This document shows positions 36,448 through 46,664 of a stretch of 64,000 nucleotides of DNA, one piece after another. The first letter of the stretch is position 1, and each line of letters begins with the position of its first letter. The position numbers and the translations under genes are program-made. This DNA is from an uncultured Chloroflexia bacterium (GTDB taxonomy: Bacteria > Chloroflexota > Anaerolineae > Anaerolineales > UBA4823): the NCBI GenBank assembly GCA_963753725.1, contig CAVWDI010000012.1, forward strand, positions 56,320 to 120,319. The letters run 5' to 3'. Below the pieces are notes generated by a model. That model saw only the letters and a list, made by a program, of their open reading frames with translations, was not told where the DNA came from and searched no databases.

Positions 36448-37365
36448 TTATACAAATTCAGCCAACTGTCTGAGCTTCATACTCACTTCTCTCCATTGAA
36501 CTTTTGAAATACCAAGTTTTTGGCGGATTTTATCGTGTTCCATACCTGAGCGCCAATCGTTTAAAACGCTGGTCCAGCGGCACATGTCGAACGATAAATG
36601 TTTTTCCAAGCCTGCCTCTTCGCCAGTATCTTCCAGCAGGTATTCAAGCCTTCTAGGTGACCAAGGGAACAAGCGGTCGTCCAGCTTGTATTGAGATTTA
36701 TATTCATAAAAAGCTTCAATCCAATCTTCTGGCAGCGCGATTTTGCGTTCTTTATAGCGGTGTTGGGGGCTGGAATAGCGTACAAATAGTAGTGGACCAG
36801 AAGGCGCATCCAGATCAACATGGTTGGGACTGAGAGCTAGACATTCGCCCTTTTTTATACCGGTATAGAGAAGTAATGCTACCAGAGCATAGTAGCGTGT
36901 ATCCGGTTTTGATGCCTGGCGGTGGTAATTCGCCGCATCCAGGACCGCTTGAGTTTCAGCGGATGATAAAACAACCGGCAAAGGGCTGATCACAGTTTTC
37001 TGTGGGATTGGTTCTGCAGGATCGGTCACCAACACGCCATTTTTTGTCAGCCAGCGGAAGAATGCTTTTATTGAGGTAATGCGGCGCGCTAACGTTTTGG
37101 GACTGCATGGAACACCGCGCCCGGATTGCATCCAATCCAGAAAATTATTAATATCGGTGGTAGAGATACTGCCGATCGTCCGGTCCGGAGAAAGATAAGA
37201 TACAAATAGGCGTAAATCTGCAGTGAATGCTTTTTCAGTGTGGGGCGACAATCCCTGGTCGTCTAAATAAATCGACCAGGCATTGAGTGTCGGGGGAAAA
37301 TAAGATGAAGCGCTGATGTGGGCAGTCGTCCCATTTTTGATAGTGTCTTCAACTTCAAGTACCAT
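36448..37365 (-). CDS. Tyrosine-recombinase (XerC/XerD-like) homologue with degenerate active site
   Basis: 305 aa. N-terminal SAM-like core-binding region (EKAFTADLRLFVSYL, ARRITSIKAFFRWL) and a C-terminal catalytic-domain fold. The residues aligned to the XerD R-K-H-R-H-Y positions read K(GIKKGE)-K-D-R(CRW)-I(LGIS)-W(KVQWRE). Confidence 0.75.
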   Translation of the reverse strand: MVLEVEDTIKNGTTAHISASSYFPPTLNAWSIYLDDQGLSPHTEKAFTADLRLFVSYLSPDRTIGSISTTDINNFLDWMQSGRGVPCSPKTLARRITSIKAFFRWLTKNGVLVTDPAEPIPQKTVISPLPVVLSSAETQAVLDAANYHRQASKPDTRYYALVALLLYTGIKKGECLALSPNHVDLDAPSGPLLFVRYSSPQHRYKERKIALPEDWIEAFYEYKSQYKLDDRLFPWSPRRLEYLLEDTGEEAGLEKHLSFDMCRWTSVLNDWRSGMEHDKIRQKLGISKVQWREVSMKLRQLAEFV

Positions 37366-37655
37366 AATGACCTCCAGAAAATTGCGGATAGTATTTTCGC
37401 ATAGTCGTATTTGTAATTAGTGTATTCGATAAATATCCAACTGTCAAATCATGAATTACTGACCAAAATCGTGTCTAATCAATATATATTTGCCTATTCT
37501 GTAACCAATTTTTCTTACTTGCAATGGTCGTGCCAGCTGCACGCTGGTGTATAATTGACCGGGAGGATGGAAATTTTTAATCAGCGTATTGGACATCTGA
37601 TTTTGAATTTTATTAATTTCTTCGCTGATTGAAACTATAACCTTTTGGAGGCTAC

Positions 37656-38102
37656 ATGAATTCAGGCAGGCTGTTCATCATACTCGTAGTTTTTACAATA
37701 TTCGCCGTTGCGTGCGGATCAAACGCTGACTCCCAAGAGATACCAGAAAACCCGACCGCATCAAGTGCAGAAGGTGATCTTCAACCTGAACAATTGGAAG
37801 GATCAGTGTCACAGAACGCTGAAGATGTTTATCCAGCTCCACAAGCGGAGCCAACCGTACCCATGCCCGCAGTTTTATATCCGATGATCGCAACTGGTGA
37901 TGAAGTCAGCTGGCATCGAGCGCAGGCATTGATTAAGAATGACGAAGTCGAGCGAATTACCCAAACGCATGAATTAAAAGTAACGCTGTTCTTGAAGGAC
38001 GGCCGTGCGCTGATAACCGTGGAACCGGCTATCGACGAAGTTTTGAGAATTATTGAACAATGCGGAGAGAGGTGCTCAGAAATTGCAGTAGCGACTGAAT
38101 GA
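37656..38102 (+). CDS. Hypothetical lipoprotein (148 aa)
   Basis: Signal peptide with lipobox FAVAC, GGAGG RBS before ATG 37656, terminator downstream. No family recognised. Confidence 0.6.
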   Translation: MNSGRLFIILVVFTIFAVACGSNADSQEIPENPTASSAEGDLQPEQLEGSVSQNAEDVYPAPQAEPTVPMPAVLYPMIATGDEVSWHRAQALIKNDEVERITQTHELKVTLFLKDGRALITVEPAIDEVLRIIEQCGERCSEIAVATE

Positions 38103-38147
38103 GAAAATAAAAAAAAGCACACATTCCAGGTGTAAATTCAGATGGAA

Positions 38148-38186
38148 GAGCATATATCCAATTGTTCGGATATGTGCTTTTTTTGT
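38148..38186 (+). terminator. Intrinsic terminator
   Basis: Stem GAGCATATATCC (38148-38159) / GGATATGTGCTT with an 8-nt loop, followed by a T-run through 38185. Confidence 0.55.
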
Positions 38187-38201
38187 TTTGGTTGCATCGG
38201 G

Positions 38202-38777
38202 TTAATCGTCTGGAGAAAGGTCTCCCTCCAGATTTAATTGGGGCGCAGCGCCCCGCATAGCCAGGATAACATTGCTCGTGTGCTCCCACAACGGAACGCC
38301 GAACTCTTCAACCGCTTGTTCTATCTCGTCTCTATTCGCGCCGGCAGCAAATGCCCGGTCTTTCCATTTCTTCTTAACCGATTTCACTTTTAGATCATAC
38401 AATGAACGCGACGGACGCACTAAGGCGACTGCTACAATCAATCCTGTTATTTCGTCACAGGCGTACAATGCTTTCTCCATTAAAGATTGCCTGGGTACAC
38501 CCGTATGATCCGCATGGCTTTGGATGGCGCGGATAACCGGCTCAGGCACACCGCGCTCACGAAGAATGGGTGCGCCATCTTGCGGGTGCTGTTCTAAAGT
38601 TGGGTGAATCTCCCAATCGAAGTCGTGTAACAGTCCTGCTAATCCCCAAAGATCAACATCCTCACTATATTTATCTGCGTAAAAACTCATTGCGGCTTCA
38701 ACCGAAAGCATATGCCTGATCAAGTTTTCATTTTCGACATATTCACTTACGATGGTATATCCTTCTTCGCGGTTCAT
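38202..38777 (-). CDS. HD/HDIG-domain metal-dependent phosphohydrolase
   Basis: The start is taken at ATG 38777. It forms an ATGA overlap with the SanA-like stop and is preceded by GGAGGT. The ORF-track extension to 38888 overlaps the upstream gene. LLHDFDWE HD motif. Confidence 0.8.
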   Translation of the reverse strand: MNREEGYTIVSEYVENENLIRHMLSVEAAMSFYADKYSEDVDLWGLAGLLHDFDWEIHPTLEQHPQDGAPILRERGVPEPVIRAIQSHADHTGVPRQSLMEKALYACDEITGLIVAVALVRPSRSLYDLKVKSVKKKWKDRAFAAGANRDEIEQAVEEFGVPLWEHTSNVILAMRGAAPQLNLEGDLSPDD

Positions 38778-39472
38778 TGAACCTCCAATGGGAAAATGGG
38801 TTCTGGATCTCCTAATACAGGCAGGGGTTTGGTTACGAATAACTCCCACATCGCTACAGCAGTGGCAGGGATTTCTCGCATGTTCCAAAAGACCTGAGAC
38901 CGGCGGCGGTATGACCGAAAATCCGCGGAAACCCCAACAGCAGACATTCCGAGTGTTTTACAGGTATACAGTGCACGAGGCAGGTGGAAGCTTTGCGAAA
39001 CCAATAAAACATCAGAAACGCCAAAGACATCGCGCGCCCGGTAGCATGTATCGTAGGTTCTCCTACCGGCAAAATCCTGCACGATAGCCCCTTCTGGCAC
39101 CCCGAGTTCCATTGCATAAGCTTTCATTGCCCCCGGCTCATTGTAGTCTTCGAAACGATTATCTCCGCTCATTAGTATTTTTGATACCTTACCAGAATGA
39201 TAGAGCTCCGCTGCGCTCGAAACCCGGTCTCGCAGCACAGAAGTTGGGGAACCATCTCTGCGTAACCCCGCGCCAAATACGATTGCCACCGGTTTTTCAG
39301 GAGCATCTATAAACTCATAGATTTGTCCTCTTGCATTAAAATTGGCAACCATCCGCGGAATAATGAGTGCAGATAATACAAGAGAAGAAATCACTATAAA
39401 AGTTAACAACACCAGTTGCATTATTCTATGTAACACCGGGGGAATTTTACCATTCCCCGTTAATGAATCCAT
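38774..39472 (-). CDS. SanA/YdcF (DUF218) family envelope protein
   Basis: 232 aa. N-terminal TM anchor, then AIVFGAGLRRDGSPTSVLRDRV ... ILMSGDN ... YNEPGAMKAY ... LLVSQSFHLPRAL, the DUF218/SanA pattern. Confidence 0.85.
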   Translation of the reverse strand: MDSLTGNGKIPPVLHRIMQLVLLTFIVISSLVLSALIIPRMVANFNARGQIYEFIDAPEKPVAIVFGAGLRRDGSPTSVLRDRVSSAAELYHSGKVSKILMSGDNRFEDYNEPGAMKAYAMELGVPEGAIVQDFAGRRTYDTCYRARDVFGVSDVLLVSQSFHLPRALYTCKTLGMSAVGVSADFRSYRRRSQVFWNMREIPATAVAMWELFVTKPLPVLGDPEPIFPLEVQ

Positions 39473-39593
39473 CTAAGGGATTGCTTAGAATAAAACTTTG
39501 TCTGAAATGCCTTAGAAAGGTAGTTATAACCCCCAATCCTTACAATTTTGCCGCCTTGCATTGAAAAGCTCATACGATTACAATGCCTAGACA

Positions 39594-40982
39594 ATGTCGA
39601 ATGAAGGAGATTATCAAGCTGCGCTGGAATACCTTTACACTTTTGTAGACTTTAGTCTAACGTGTGCATTTCGATATTCCCCTGATCAATTTGATCTGGG
39701 GCGCATGCGTGAATTCGCGGATTATTTAGGACGCCCGCAGGATAAATACCCCATTATTCATGTAGCCGGTACGAAGGGAAAAGGATCGGTATCAGCATTA
39801 TGCGCCAGTGCATTATCCGCAGCAGATTACCGGGTGGGATTGTATACTTCTCCACATTTGCAAGAGTTCACCGAGCGTATCCAGGTTAATGGCCGATCGA
39901 TTTCAAAAACCGATTTTGTAGAGTTAGTTAACGAAATCAAGCCATATCTTGAATCGGGGACGAAGCTTACTACGTTTGAGATCGCCACAGCGTTGGCGCT
40001 GCTTTATTTTTCTAGAATGGAAGCAAATGCAGTTGTACTGGAAGTCGGTCTTGGTGGAAGATTGGACGCGACCAATATTGTTGTGCCTGAGGTTTGCGTG
40101 ATCACTTCAATTTCGTACGACCATTCAGAATTTCTGGGCGACACGCTGGCCGGGATCGCTGGAGAAAAGGCTGGAATAATTAAATCTGGTATCCCTGTTG
40201 TAGTTTCACCTCAAAAGGAGGAGGCGCGCCTCGCGATTGAAAAAAAAGCTGCTGAGCAAGCCGTTGAATTGATACAGGTAGGGCGGGATTACCTTTTTGC
40301 CCCTGCAAACCGTTCGCTGAGAAACCAAAATTTTCTTGTGTGGCCGGCCTCTGAACAACCGTTGGTTAATGCGTATATCGAATCAGGCGGCGAACAGGAG
40401 TGGGAACCGACCCGCCTTTCAATGCCGTTATTAGGTTATCACCAGGTTGAAAATGGAGCCACGGCTTACGCAGCATTGGATATCGCACGCCAGCGCGGCT
40501 TCGATTTGGGGATTTTAGATATTAAAAAGGGCTTCAATCAAGTAGAGTGGCCTGCACGTTTTGAGGTATTGGGTACCAAACCGGCGCTTGTGATCAACTC
40601 CGCGCACAACCGGGATTCCGCGTTAAAACTGCGCCTGGCATTGGATGATTATTTTCCTGGTCGCCCGGTTGTCTTGATTTTTGGAGCATCGGAGGACAAA
40701 GATATTGATGGTATGTTTGCCGAATTGATGCCGCGAGTGAAGCAAGTGATCGCAACCAGGTCATACCACCCACGCGCTATGGAACCAGAAGACCTGGTCG
40801 AATACGCGCACCGCTTTGGCAGAGCGGTTAAAGTAGTACCGGCGGTTGAAGACGCGTTAGAAGAAGCTTTAAATACTGCAGGTACAGACGAATTGGTGCT
40901 GGTGACCGGTTCCATATTTGTGGCCGCGGGAGCACGGCATAGCTGGTACAATCGAGATGGAAATCAAAATCCGAATGATTAA
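39594..40982 (+). CDS. folC: Bifunctional folylpolyglutamate synthase / dihydrofolate synthase
   Basis: 462 aa. [11 protein letters not shown]-loop, Mur-ligase central and C-terminal domain motifs ([18 protein letters not shown]). Confidence 0.9.
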   Translation: MSNEGDYQAALEYLYTFVDFSLTCAFRYSPDQFDLGRMREFADYLGRPQDKYPIIHVAGTKGKGSVSALCASALSAADYRVGLYTSPHLQEFTERIQVNGRSISKTDFVELVNEIKPYLESGTKLTTFEIATALALLYFSRMEANAVVLEVGLGGRLDATNIVVPEVCVITSISYDHSEFLGDTLAGIAGEKAGIIKSGIPVVVSPQKEEARLAIEKKAAEQAVELIQVGRDYLFAPANRSLRNQNFLVWPASEQPLVNAYIESGGEQEWEPTRLSMPLLGYHQVENGATAYAALDIARQRGFDLGILDIKKGFNQVEWPARFEVLGTKPALVINSAHNRDSALKLRLALDDYFPGRPVVLIFGASEDKDIDGMFAELMPRVKQVIATRSYHPRAMEPEDLVEYAHRFGRAVKVVPAVEDALEEALNTAGTDELVLVTGSIFVAAGARHSWYNRDGNQNPND

Positions 40983-41023
40983 AATCAAGTTCGATTAGAA
41001 ATGAATTTAGAATTGGAAAAAAG

Positions 41024-43565
41024 ATGAAGGATAACGATTGGTTTTTCAGGGACGAAGATGTTTTTGGTGAAGCCCTGCACCGTCGCACAGAAGAACTTTA
41101 CCGGGTTCCAGATACATTGCCGGATGACGAAGGCTTGATAACCTGTCCGGTACTACCGCTGCGTGACCTGGTAGTTTTTCCGCACATGGTATCGCCGATA
41201 TTTCTTTCACAAACAGCCTCCTTAGCTGCGGTGGAGGAAGCGCAGCTCCGCAACCATACAGTGATTGCTCTAACCTTACGTGACCCTGATGTCGAGAATC
41301 CGGGTCCTGATGATTTTTATCCGGTTGGCGTTGAAATGGCGGTTGGCAGATTACTGAATATGCCGGATAACTCGAGCTCGGCGCTCGTCCAGGGAAGACG
41401 ACGGGTTGAGATTATTGAGTTTCTCAAAGATAAACCCTTTTTAGTTGGAAGCGCCAGAACTGTCAATGAAATGACTGAGGTCGACCGGCATACGGAAGCG
41501 ACCATGCGTACTGTGGTCGAGTTATTCCAGAAATGTGTTCAATTGGATCGCAGTCTACCCGAGGAAGCTTATCTTTATGCGCTAAATATTGAAGAACCTG
41601 GTTGGTTGGCCGACATGATCATTACAGCTGTAGCGCCGCCATTGGCGGACCGTCAGGAATTATTGGCAATTTTAGACCCGCTCGACCGTTTAAACGAACT
41701 GATCAACCTGCTTATGAAAGAAGCGGATGTGCTGGAGTTGGAGGATGAAATTCATTCCAGAGCACGCAGTGAAGTTGACCGAACTCAACGAGAGTTTTAC
41801 TTGCGAGAACAGATGAAAGCAATCCAAACCGAACTTGGCGAAGGAGATTTGTGGTCACGCGAGGTATTGGAACTTCAAACACGGGTCGAATCTGCAGAAC
41901 TGCCTGAAGAAGTGCAAGTAAGAGCATTGAAAGAAGTTACTCGTTTGAGTCAAATGCCTCCTATGTCGCCTGAAGTAGGAATAATCCGCACTTATATTGA
42001 ATGGATACTGGATTTACCTTGGGTAGAAGCCTCTGAAGATAACCTGAATGTGAGCAATGCAGAGGTAGTATTGGAAAGCCAGCACTATGGTTTACCTCGG
42101 GCGAAAGAACGGATATTAGAATATATTGCGGTACGCAGTTTGAAACCAAAACGATCCCGTCAACCGATATTATGTTTTGTTGGACCGCCTGGTACTGGCA
42201 AGACTTCATTGGGACGTTCGATCGCAGATTCATTAGGTCGTAAATTTGTAAGACTTTCACTGGGCGGGGTGAGAGACGAAGCGGAAATACGCGGCCACCG
42301 GCGCACTTATATTGGCGCACTACCAGGGCGCATTCTCCAGACAATGAGGCGCGGCTGAAACGGTAAATCCGTTATTTATGCTGGACGAGATCGATAAATT
42401 GGGGCAGGATTTTCGCGGTGATCCATCGTCTGCGCTGCTTGAAGTGCTTGATCCGGAGCAGAATTTCAGCTTCTCCGATCATTATCTTGAGCTCCCTTAT
42501 GATCTATCAAAGGTAATGTTTATCACAACTGCGAACACTTCAGCGCCTATCCCGCCAGCGTTGTTGGATCGTATGGAAGTGATCGAATTCCCCGGGTATA
42601 TTGAAGAAGAGAAAATCGAAATCGCAAAGCGCTTCTTAATCCCTAGACAGGCGGAAGAGAGCGGGATCGAATCCAATGAAGTGAAACTGGCTGAACAAAC
42701 CCTGAGGCGCATAATTCGCGAATACACTTATGAGGCAGGTGTTCGAAATCTAGAACGAGAAATTGGACGTATCTATCGTAAAATCGCCCGCTTGAAGGCT
42801 GAAAAGAAAAGGTATCCCAAGACTGTCAACGCTGCTTATTCGGAACGTTTCTTGGGTCCTCCGCAATTTTTTAACCTCGAAGTTGAAAGACAGGATGAGG
42901 TGGGAGTGGCAACGGCCATTGCCTGGACAGAAAATGGCGGAGAAATCATGCCAGTTGAAGTGTTGTTGGTAGAAGGAAAAGGAAACTTGCAGATTACCGG
43001 CCAAATTGGGAACGTAATGCAGGAATCAGCCCAGGCAGCTTTTTCGTACTTAAAGTCGTGCGCCAAAATTCTGGAAGTTGACACCGAAAAGTTTGAAGAG
43101 AGAGACATTCATATCCATATACCAGAAGGAGCAATCCCTAAAGATGGTCCCAGCGCTGGGATAACGATATGTACCGCGCTGGTTTCCGGTTTCACAAGAA
43201 GACCAGTACTGCGTGAAGTTGCCATGACGGGAGAGATCACTTTGCGCGGAAGAATTCTTCCTGTGGGAGGGGTGCGCGAAAAAATTCTGGCTGCACACAG
43301 AGCAGGTCTGAAGACCGTAATCATTCCACAGCGCAACAAGAAAGACCTTGTTGATTTACCCAAGCGGGCGCTGCGTGAATTGGATATAAAATTGGTCGAT
43401 CATATGGATGAGGTTTTAAATATTGCTTTAACGGAGCATGCGCAGGAGGTAAAATCAGAGCTCCTGAAAAAGAAAACAAAAACCAAAAAACCAGTTAGCG
43501 CAGGTCCGGATACGGCAGTAAAGAAAAAAAACCAGGATATACCACCGATCCAACCTGGGGCATGA
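41024..43565 (+). CDS. lon: ATP-dependent protease Lon (one frame break near 42353, likely indel artefact)
   Basis: Fragments 41024-42358 and 42378-43565 join as ...[31 protein letters not shown]-domain, Walker [10 protein letters not shown], and protease domain with [10 protein letters not shown] (catalytic Ser). Confidence 0.9.
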
Positions 43566-43630
43566 GATCGAAACAATCCCGTGAATATGGATCTGCCCCA
43601 AAAGGAAACCAAACTATCTAATTGAACACC

Positions 43631-43733
43631 AATTGTAGTGCAGGCTTTAGTCTCCAGATGGGAGGTATCCTTACCTGCGTCGGATTTTCGCGGCTAAGGA
43701 TATCCCATAGGGAATAAAGCCCACACTACAGTT
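43631..43733. repeat. Long imperfect inverted repeat (~48-nt arms) between convergent lon and mltG
   Basis: The outer arms TGTAGTGCAGGCTTTA (43634-43649) and TAAAGCCCACACTACA (43715-43730) pair in 14 of 16 positions. The inner arms GTATCCTTA / TAAGGATAT also pair. A T5 run follows at 43732-43736. Confidence 0.5.
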
Positions 43734-43805
43734 TTTGGGACAGCCCCTGGCTTATCTTGGGAATTTACCTCGAGTTTTCTACTATTCCCGAACAGGTTCT
43801 AACTT

Positions 43806-44999
43806 CTAAGGACAGGCGTTTTTTAGATGTTCCTGGTAGCTTTCTGCGAAAGAGTGTCGACCAGAACCATCGCAGGTTGCACGGAAGTAAAAGTATGGTG
43901 TTTGATCTGGTTCCGCAACTGCCTGTAGCGCGTTGAGACCAGGGTTCGAGATCGGACCTGGGGGTAAATCCGGATAAACGTAAGTGTTGTATGGTGAATC
44001 AATCAGCAGATCTTCAGAACGAAGTGGGTTTGTCCACCAGGTTTTCTGATCGGGGTTATAACCCATCGCATACTGAACGGTGGGGTCTGATTCGAGCATC
44101 ATATCGTTTGAAATTCGATTCAAGAAAACCGAAGCGATCAGAGGAGCTTCATCTTCGATTACGGCTTCCTTCTGGACGATTGAAGCCAGAATAACCCCTT
44201 GATATAAGCTTAAACCCTGTCGTTTGAAGCCTGCCTGAATTTCATCATTTACTTTGATCTGAAAATTTTCGAATGTTTTCAAAATAAACTCTTCCACGTT
44301 AGTATCCCGGCCAAATCTATAAGAATCAGGGTAGAGGTAACCTTCCGTAGTAGTATCGGGGGGTAGTTCCAAATTGAAAACAAATTCCGCCGGCGGCATC
44401 GAAGCCATTTCGATGAATTCTTCCGGTGTAATACTCAAGCCCGAAGTCGGGAGAGCGGCTGCAATTTCTTCCATGCGCCATCCAGGAAATACTCTAAATA
44501 TCACTTCTCCAGGAGTGGAATCCTGCAATTCGGCTGCAATTTGTAAGGCTGTCATGCTGGGACTCAGATTGTACTTGCCTGCCTGGATTGTAGTATCCAG
44601 CCCGGAGTAGACCAGGAAATTGCGCATGGCTGCCGCGTTCGAAATAATCCCCTCTGCTTCTAAGCGGTCTGTTAATTCGTAAGTTGTTTCTCCCATCGAT
44701 ATTTCAAATGAGCGTGCGGTACCGAGTCGGTCCTTGGACAGCAGCAGATCGTTCTCCTGTGACAGTAAAACAGCCGAAAGGTATGCCTGGTCAACAGGAT
44801 CGATATTATCAGCGGATGAGCCGTATTTTTGCGCGGCGAGACTTGGGAGACCGATAATTAGAAAACCTGCAAATACCGCTACCAGTATGACCAGGATGGT
44901 AAATGTGATTAGAAATATGACTAAGAATGAGGTCAGCCGTTTCATAATATTGGTGGTGAGTATGCTACCGGTTCCGGTTAATATTTGGCTAACTTTCAC
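43806..44999 (-). CDS. mltG: Endolytic murein transglycosylase MltG (YceG family)
   Basis: 397 aa. N-terminal TM anchor. EGYLYPDSYRF, ILASIVQKEA, SVFLNRI, PYNTYVYPDLPPGPISNPG motifs. A GTG start at 44999 or the ATG at 44945 are both possible. Confidence 0.9.
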   Translation of the reverse strand: MKVSQILTGTGSILTTNIMKRLTSFLVIFLITFTILVILVAVFAGFLIIGLPSLAAQKYGSSADNIDPVDQAYLSAVLLSQENDLLLSKDRLGTARSFEISMGETTYELTDRLEAEGIISNAAAMRNFLVYSGLDTTIQAGKYNLSPSMTALQIAAELQDSTPGEVIFRVFPGWRMEEIAAALPTSGLSITPEEFIEMASMPPAEFVFNLELPPDTTTEGYLYPDSYRFGRDTNVEEFILKTFENFQIKVNDEIQAGFKRQGLSLYQGVILASIVQKEAVIEDEAPLIASVFLNRISNDMMLESDPTVQYAMGYNPDQKTWWTNPLRSEDLLIDSPYNTYVYPDLPPGPISNPGLNALQAVAEPDQTPYFYFRATCDGSGRHSFAESYQEHLKNACP

Positions 45000-45432
45000 T
45001 TTCCGGTTTTAACAGCTTTTCAATTTCTTCAGAGTCTAAAAAAGTCTGTAATATGAACGCTGCCGCGATATCATCCACATGCGATTTGCGTTTGCGGCGC
45101 GAGACTCCCATAAAAATTTGTGCATCACGGACCGCTTGTGTACTGCCGCTTTCATCCCACAGCGCCACATCAATATCAGATATAGAACGGATTTCTCCTG
45201 CCAGACGTTCTGCACGTTTACTCTGGTAGGTTGATTTATTATCAGCATTCAACGCCTGTCCAATAATAATCAGCGCGGCATTATTTTCGGTTGCCAGATT
45301 GAGGATTGCAGCCGCGTCCGCCTTTCGGGATTTGTGGGTAAGGATTGTGAGTGGATTTGCGATTGTGTGGGTAGGATCACTTATCGCTAATCCAATTCGT
45401 TTTTCCCCGGGATCAACTGCCAATATTCTCAT
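44989..45432 (-). CDS. ruvX: Holliday-junction resolvase-like nuclease RuvX (YqgF)
   Basis: 147 aa. MRILAVDPGEKRIGLAISDP N-terminus and DESGST motif. Confidence 0.9.
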   Translation of the reverse strand: MRILAVDPGEKRIGLAISDPTHTIANPLTILTHKSRKADAAAILNLATENNAALIIIGQALNADNKSTYQSKRAERLAGEIRSISDIDVALWDESGSTQAVRDAQIFMGVSRRKRKSHVDDIAAAFILQTFLDSEEIEKLLKPESES

Positions 45433-45517
45433 AAATCGTCTTTTTGGGGTATTTTTTAGACTCGGGTAACCATATGTTTTAAAGGTAATAGGTCTGACGG
45501 TAAATCAATTTCATAAA

Positions 45518-46657
45518 TCAGAATTGATAATCTTTGATGGTATCCACAACCCTGGATAATTCTTGCTCTTCCAGTGTATTGTAAAACGGAAGCCTCAGCA
45601 GCCTTTCGCTTATGTTTTCTGTCACGGGGCAATCCCCTAGATTTCCTCCGAATTTGCGCCCCATCTGTGAGGTATGCAGGGGCAAATAATGAAATACACT
45701 CAAGATTTTATGTTTCCTAAGATGCTCTATCAAACCCTGCCGGATGTCCATTGTTGGCAGGATGATATAAAACATATGGTAGGGTTGGGCGCACCATTCC
45801 GGGAAAATCGGCAGTCGTGTCCCAGTCTCATGAGCCCAATCAGATAGATTGTTTTTATAGAATTCCCAAATATGTTTTCTTTTACTTTGGATCGATTCAA
45901 ATGCTTCAAGTTGAGCATACAGGAAACCTGCCAGCATATCGGACGGCAGGTAACTCGATCCAATATCAACCCAGGTATATTTATCCACCTGACCTCTGAA
46001 GAAACGGCTGCGGTTGGTACCTTTCTCGCGCAATATTTCAGCCCGCTCAATATATCTCTGGTCATTTATCAGTAACGCGCCGCCCTCTCCACAAGTTATA
46101 TTCTTTGTCTCGTGAAAGCTCTGAGTCGCTAAACAACCGAAAGTCCCAAGATACATTCCTTTATACTTTCCGAAGAGACCATGGGCATTGTCTTCTACCA
46201 CATGAACCTGGCGCCTGTTTGTTATTTCTAAAATCGTATCCATTTCACAGCCGACACCCGCGTAATGGACAGGTACTACTGCTTTTGTTTTTTCGGAGAT
46301 CAAAGCTTCCAAGAGATTTTCATCCAGATTCAGTGTATCTGGGCGGATATCTATGAATACAGGTACCGCGCCGCGGTTGACAAACGCGTTTACAGTTGAA
46401 ACAAACGTAAAAGATGGGATGATCACCTCATCGCCAGGCTTAATATCCAGAAGGTAGGCGGCCATTTCCAGGGCGTGTGTGCACGAGGTGGTTAATAACG
46501 CTCTTGGAAGATCAAAGGATTCTTCCAGCCATGCATGGCATTTTCGGCTGAAAAATCCATCGCCAGATATGTGATAGTTTTCAATAGCTTGAGAGATATA
46601 CTGAAGTTCATTCCCCATAAGGGTTGGTTTGTTGAAGGGAATTTCGTATTGGACCAT
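45518..46657 (-). CDS. wecE: dTDP-4-amino-4,6-dideoxyhexose (WecE-type) aminotransferase
   Basis: 379 aa, colinear with E. coli WecE. Shared blocks include IPFNKP, SGDGFFSRKCHAWLEE, PSFTFVSTVNAF, FHETKNITCGEGGALLIND, REKGTNRSRFFRGQVDKYTWVDIGSSYL and RLLRLPFYN. Confidence 0.85.
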   Translation of the reverse strand: MVQYEIPFNKPTLMGNELQYISQAIENYHISGDGFFSRKCHAWLEESFDLPRALLTTSCTHALEMAAYLLDIKPGDEVIIPSFTFVSTVNAFVNRGAVPVFIDIRPDTLNLDENLLEALISEKTKAVVPVHYAGVGCEMDTILEITNRRQVHVVEDNAHGLFGKYKGMYLGTFGCLATQSFHETKNITCGEGGALLINDQRYIERAEILREKGTNRSRFFRGQVDKYTWVDIGSSYLPSDMLAGFLYAQLEAFESIQSKRKHIWEFYKNNLSDWAHETGTRLPIFPEWCAQPYHMFYIILPTMDIRQGLIEHLRKHKILSVFHYLPLHTSQMGRKFGGNLGDCPVTENISERLLRLPFYNTLEEQELSRVVDTIKDYQF

Positions 46658-46664
46658 TATTGTT

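Noticed and set aside
36448-37365. The recombinase-like gene as a marker of a prophage or integrative element.
   Set aside because: There are no flanking direct repeats, no adjacent tRNA, and no phage, conjugation or transposition genes. The neighbours are housekeeping genes, and the protein itself lacks catalytic residues.
38778-38888. N-terminal extension of the HD-domain gene (start at 38888).
   Set aside because: It overlaps the end of the SanA-like gene by 115 nt in another frame and is Cys/Arg-rich. ATG 38777, with GGAGGT and an ATGA stop/start overlap, is the natural start.
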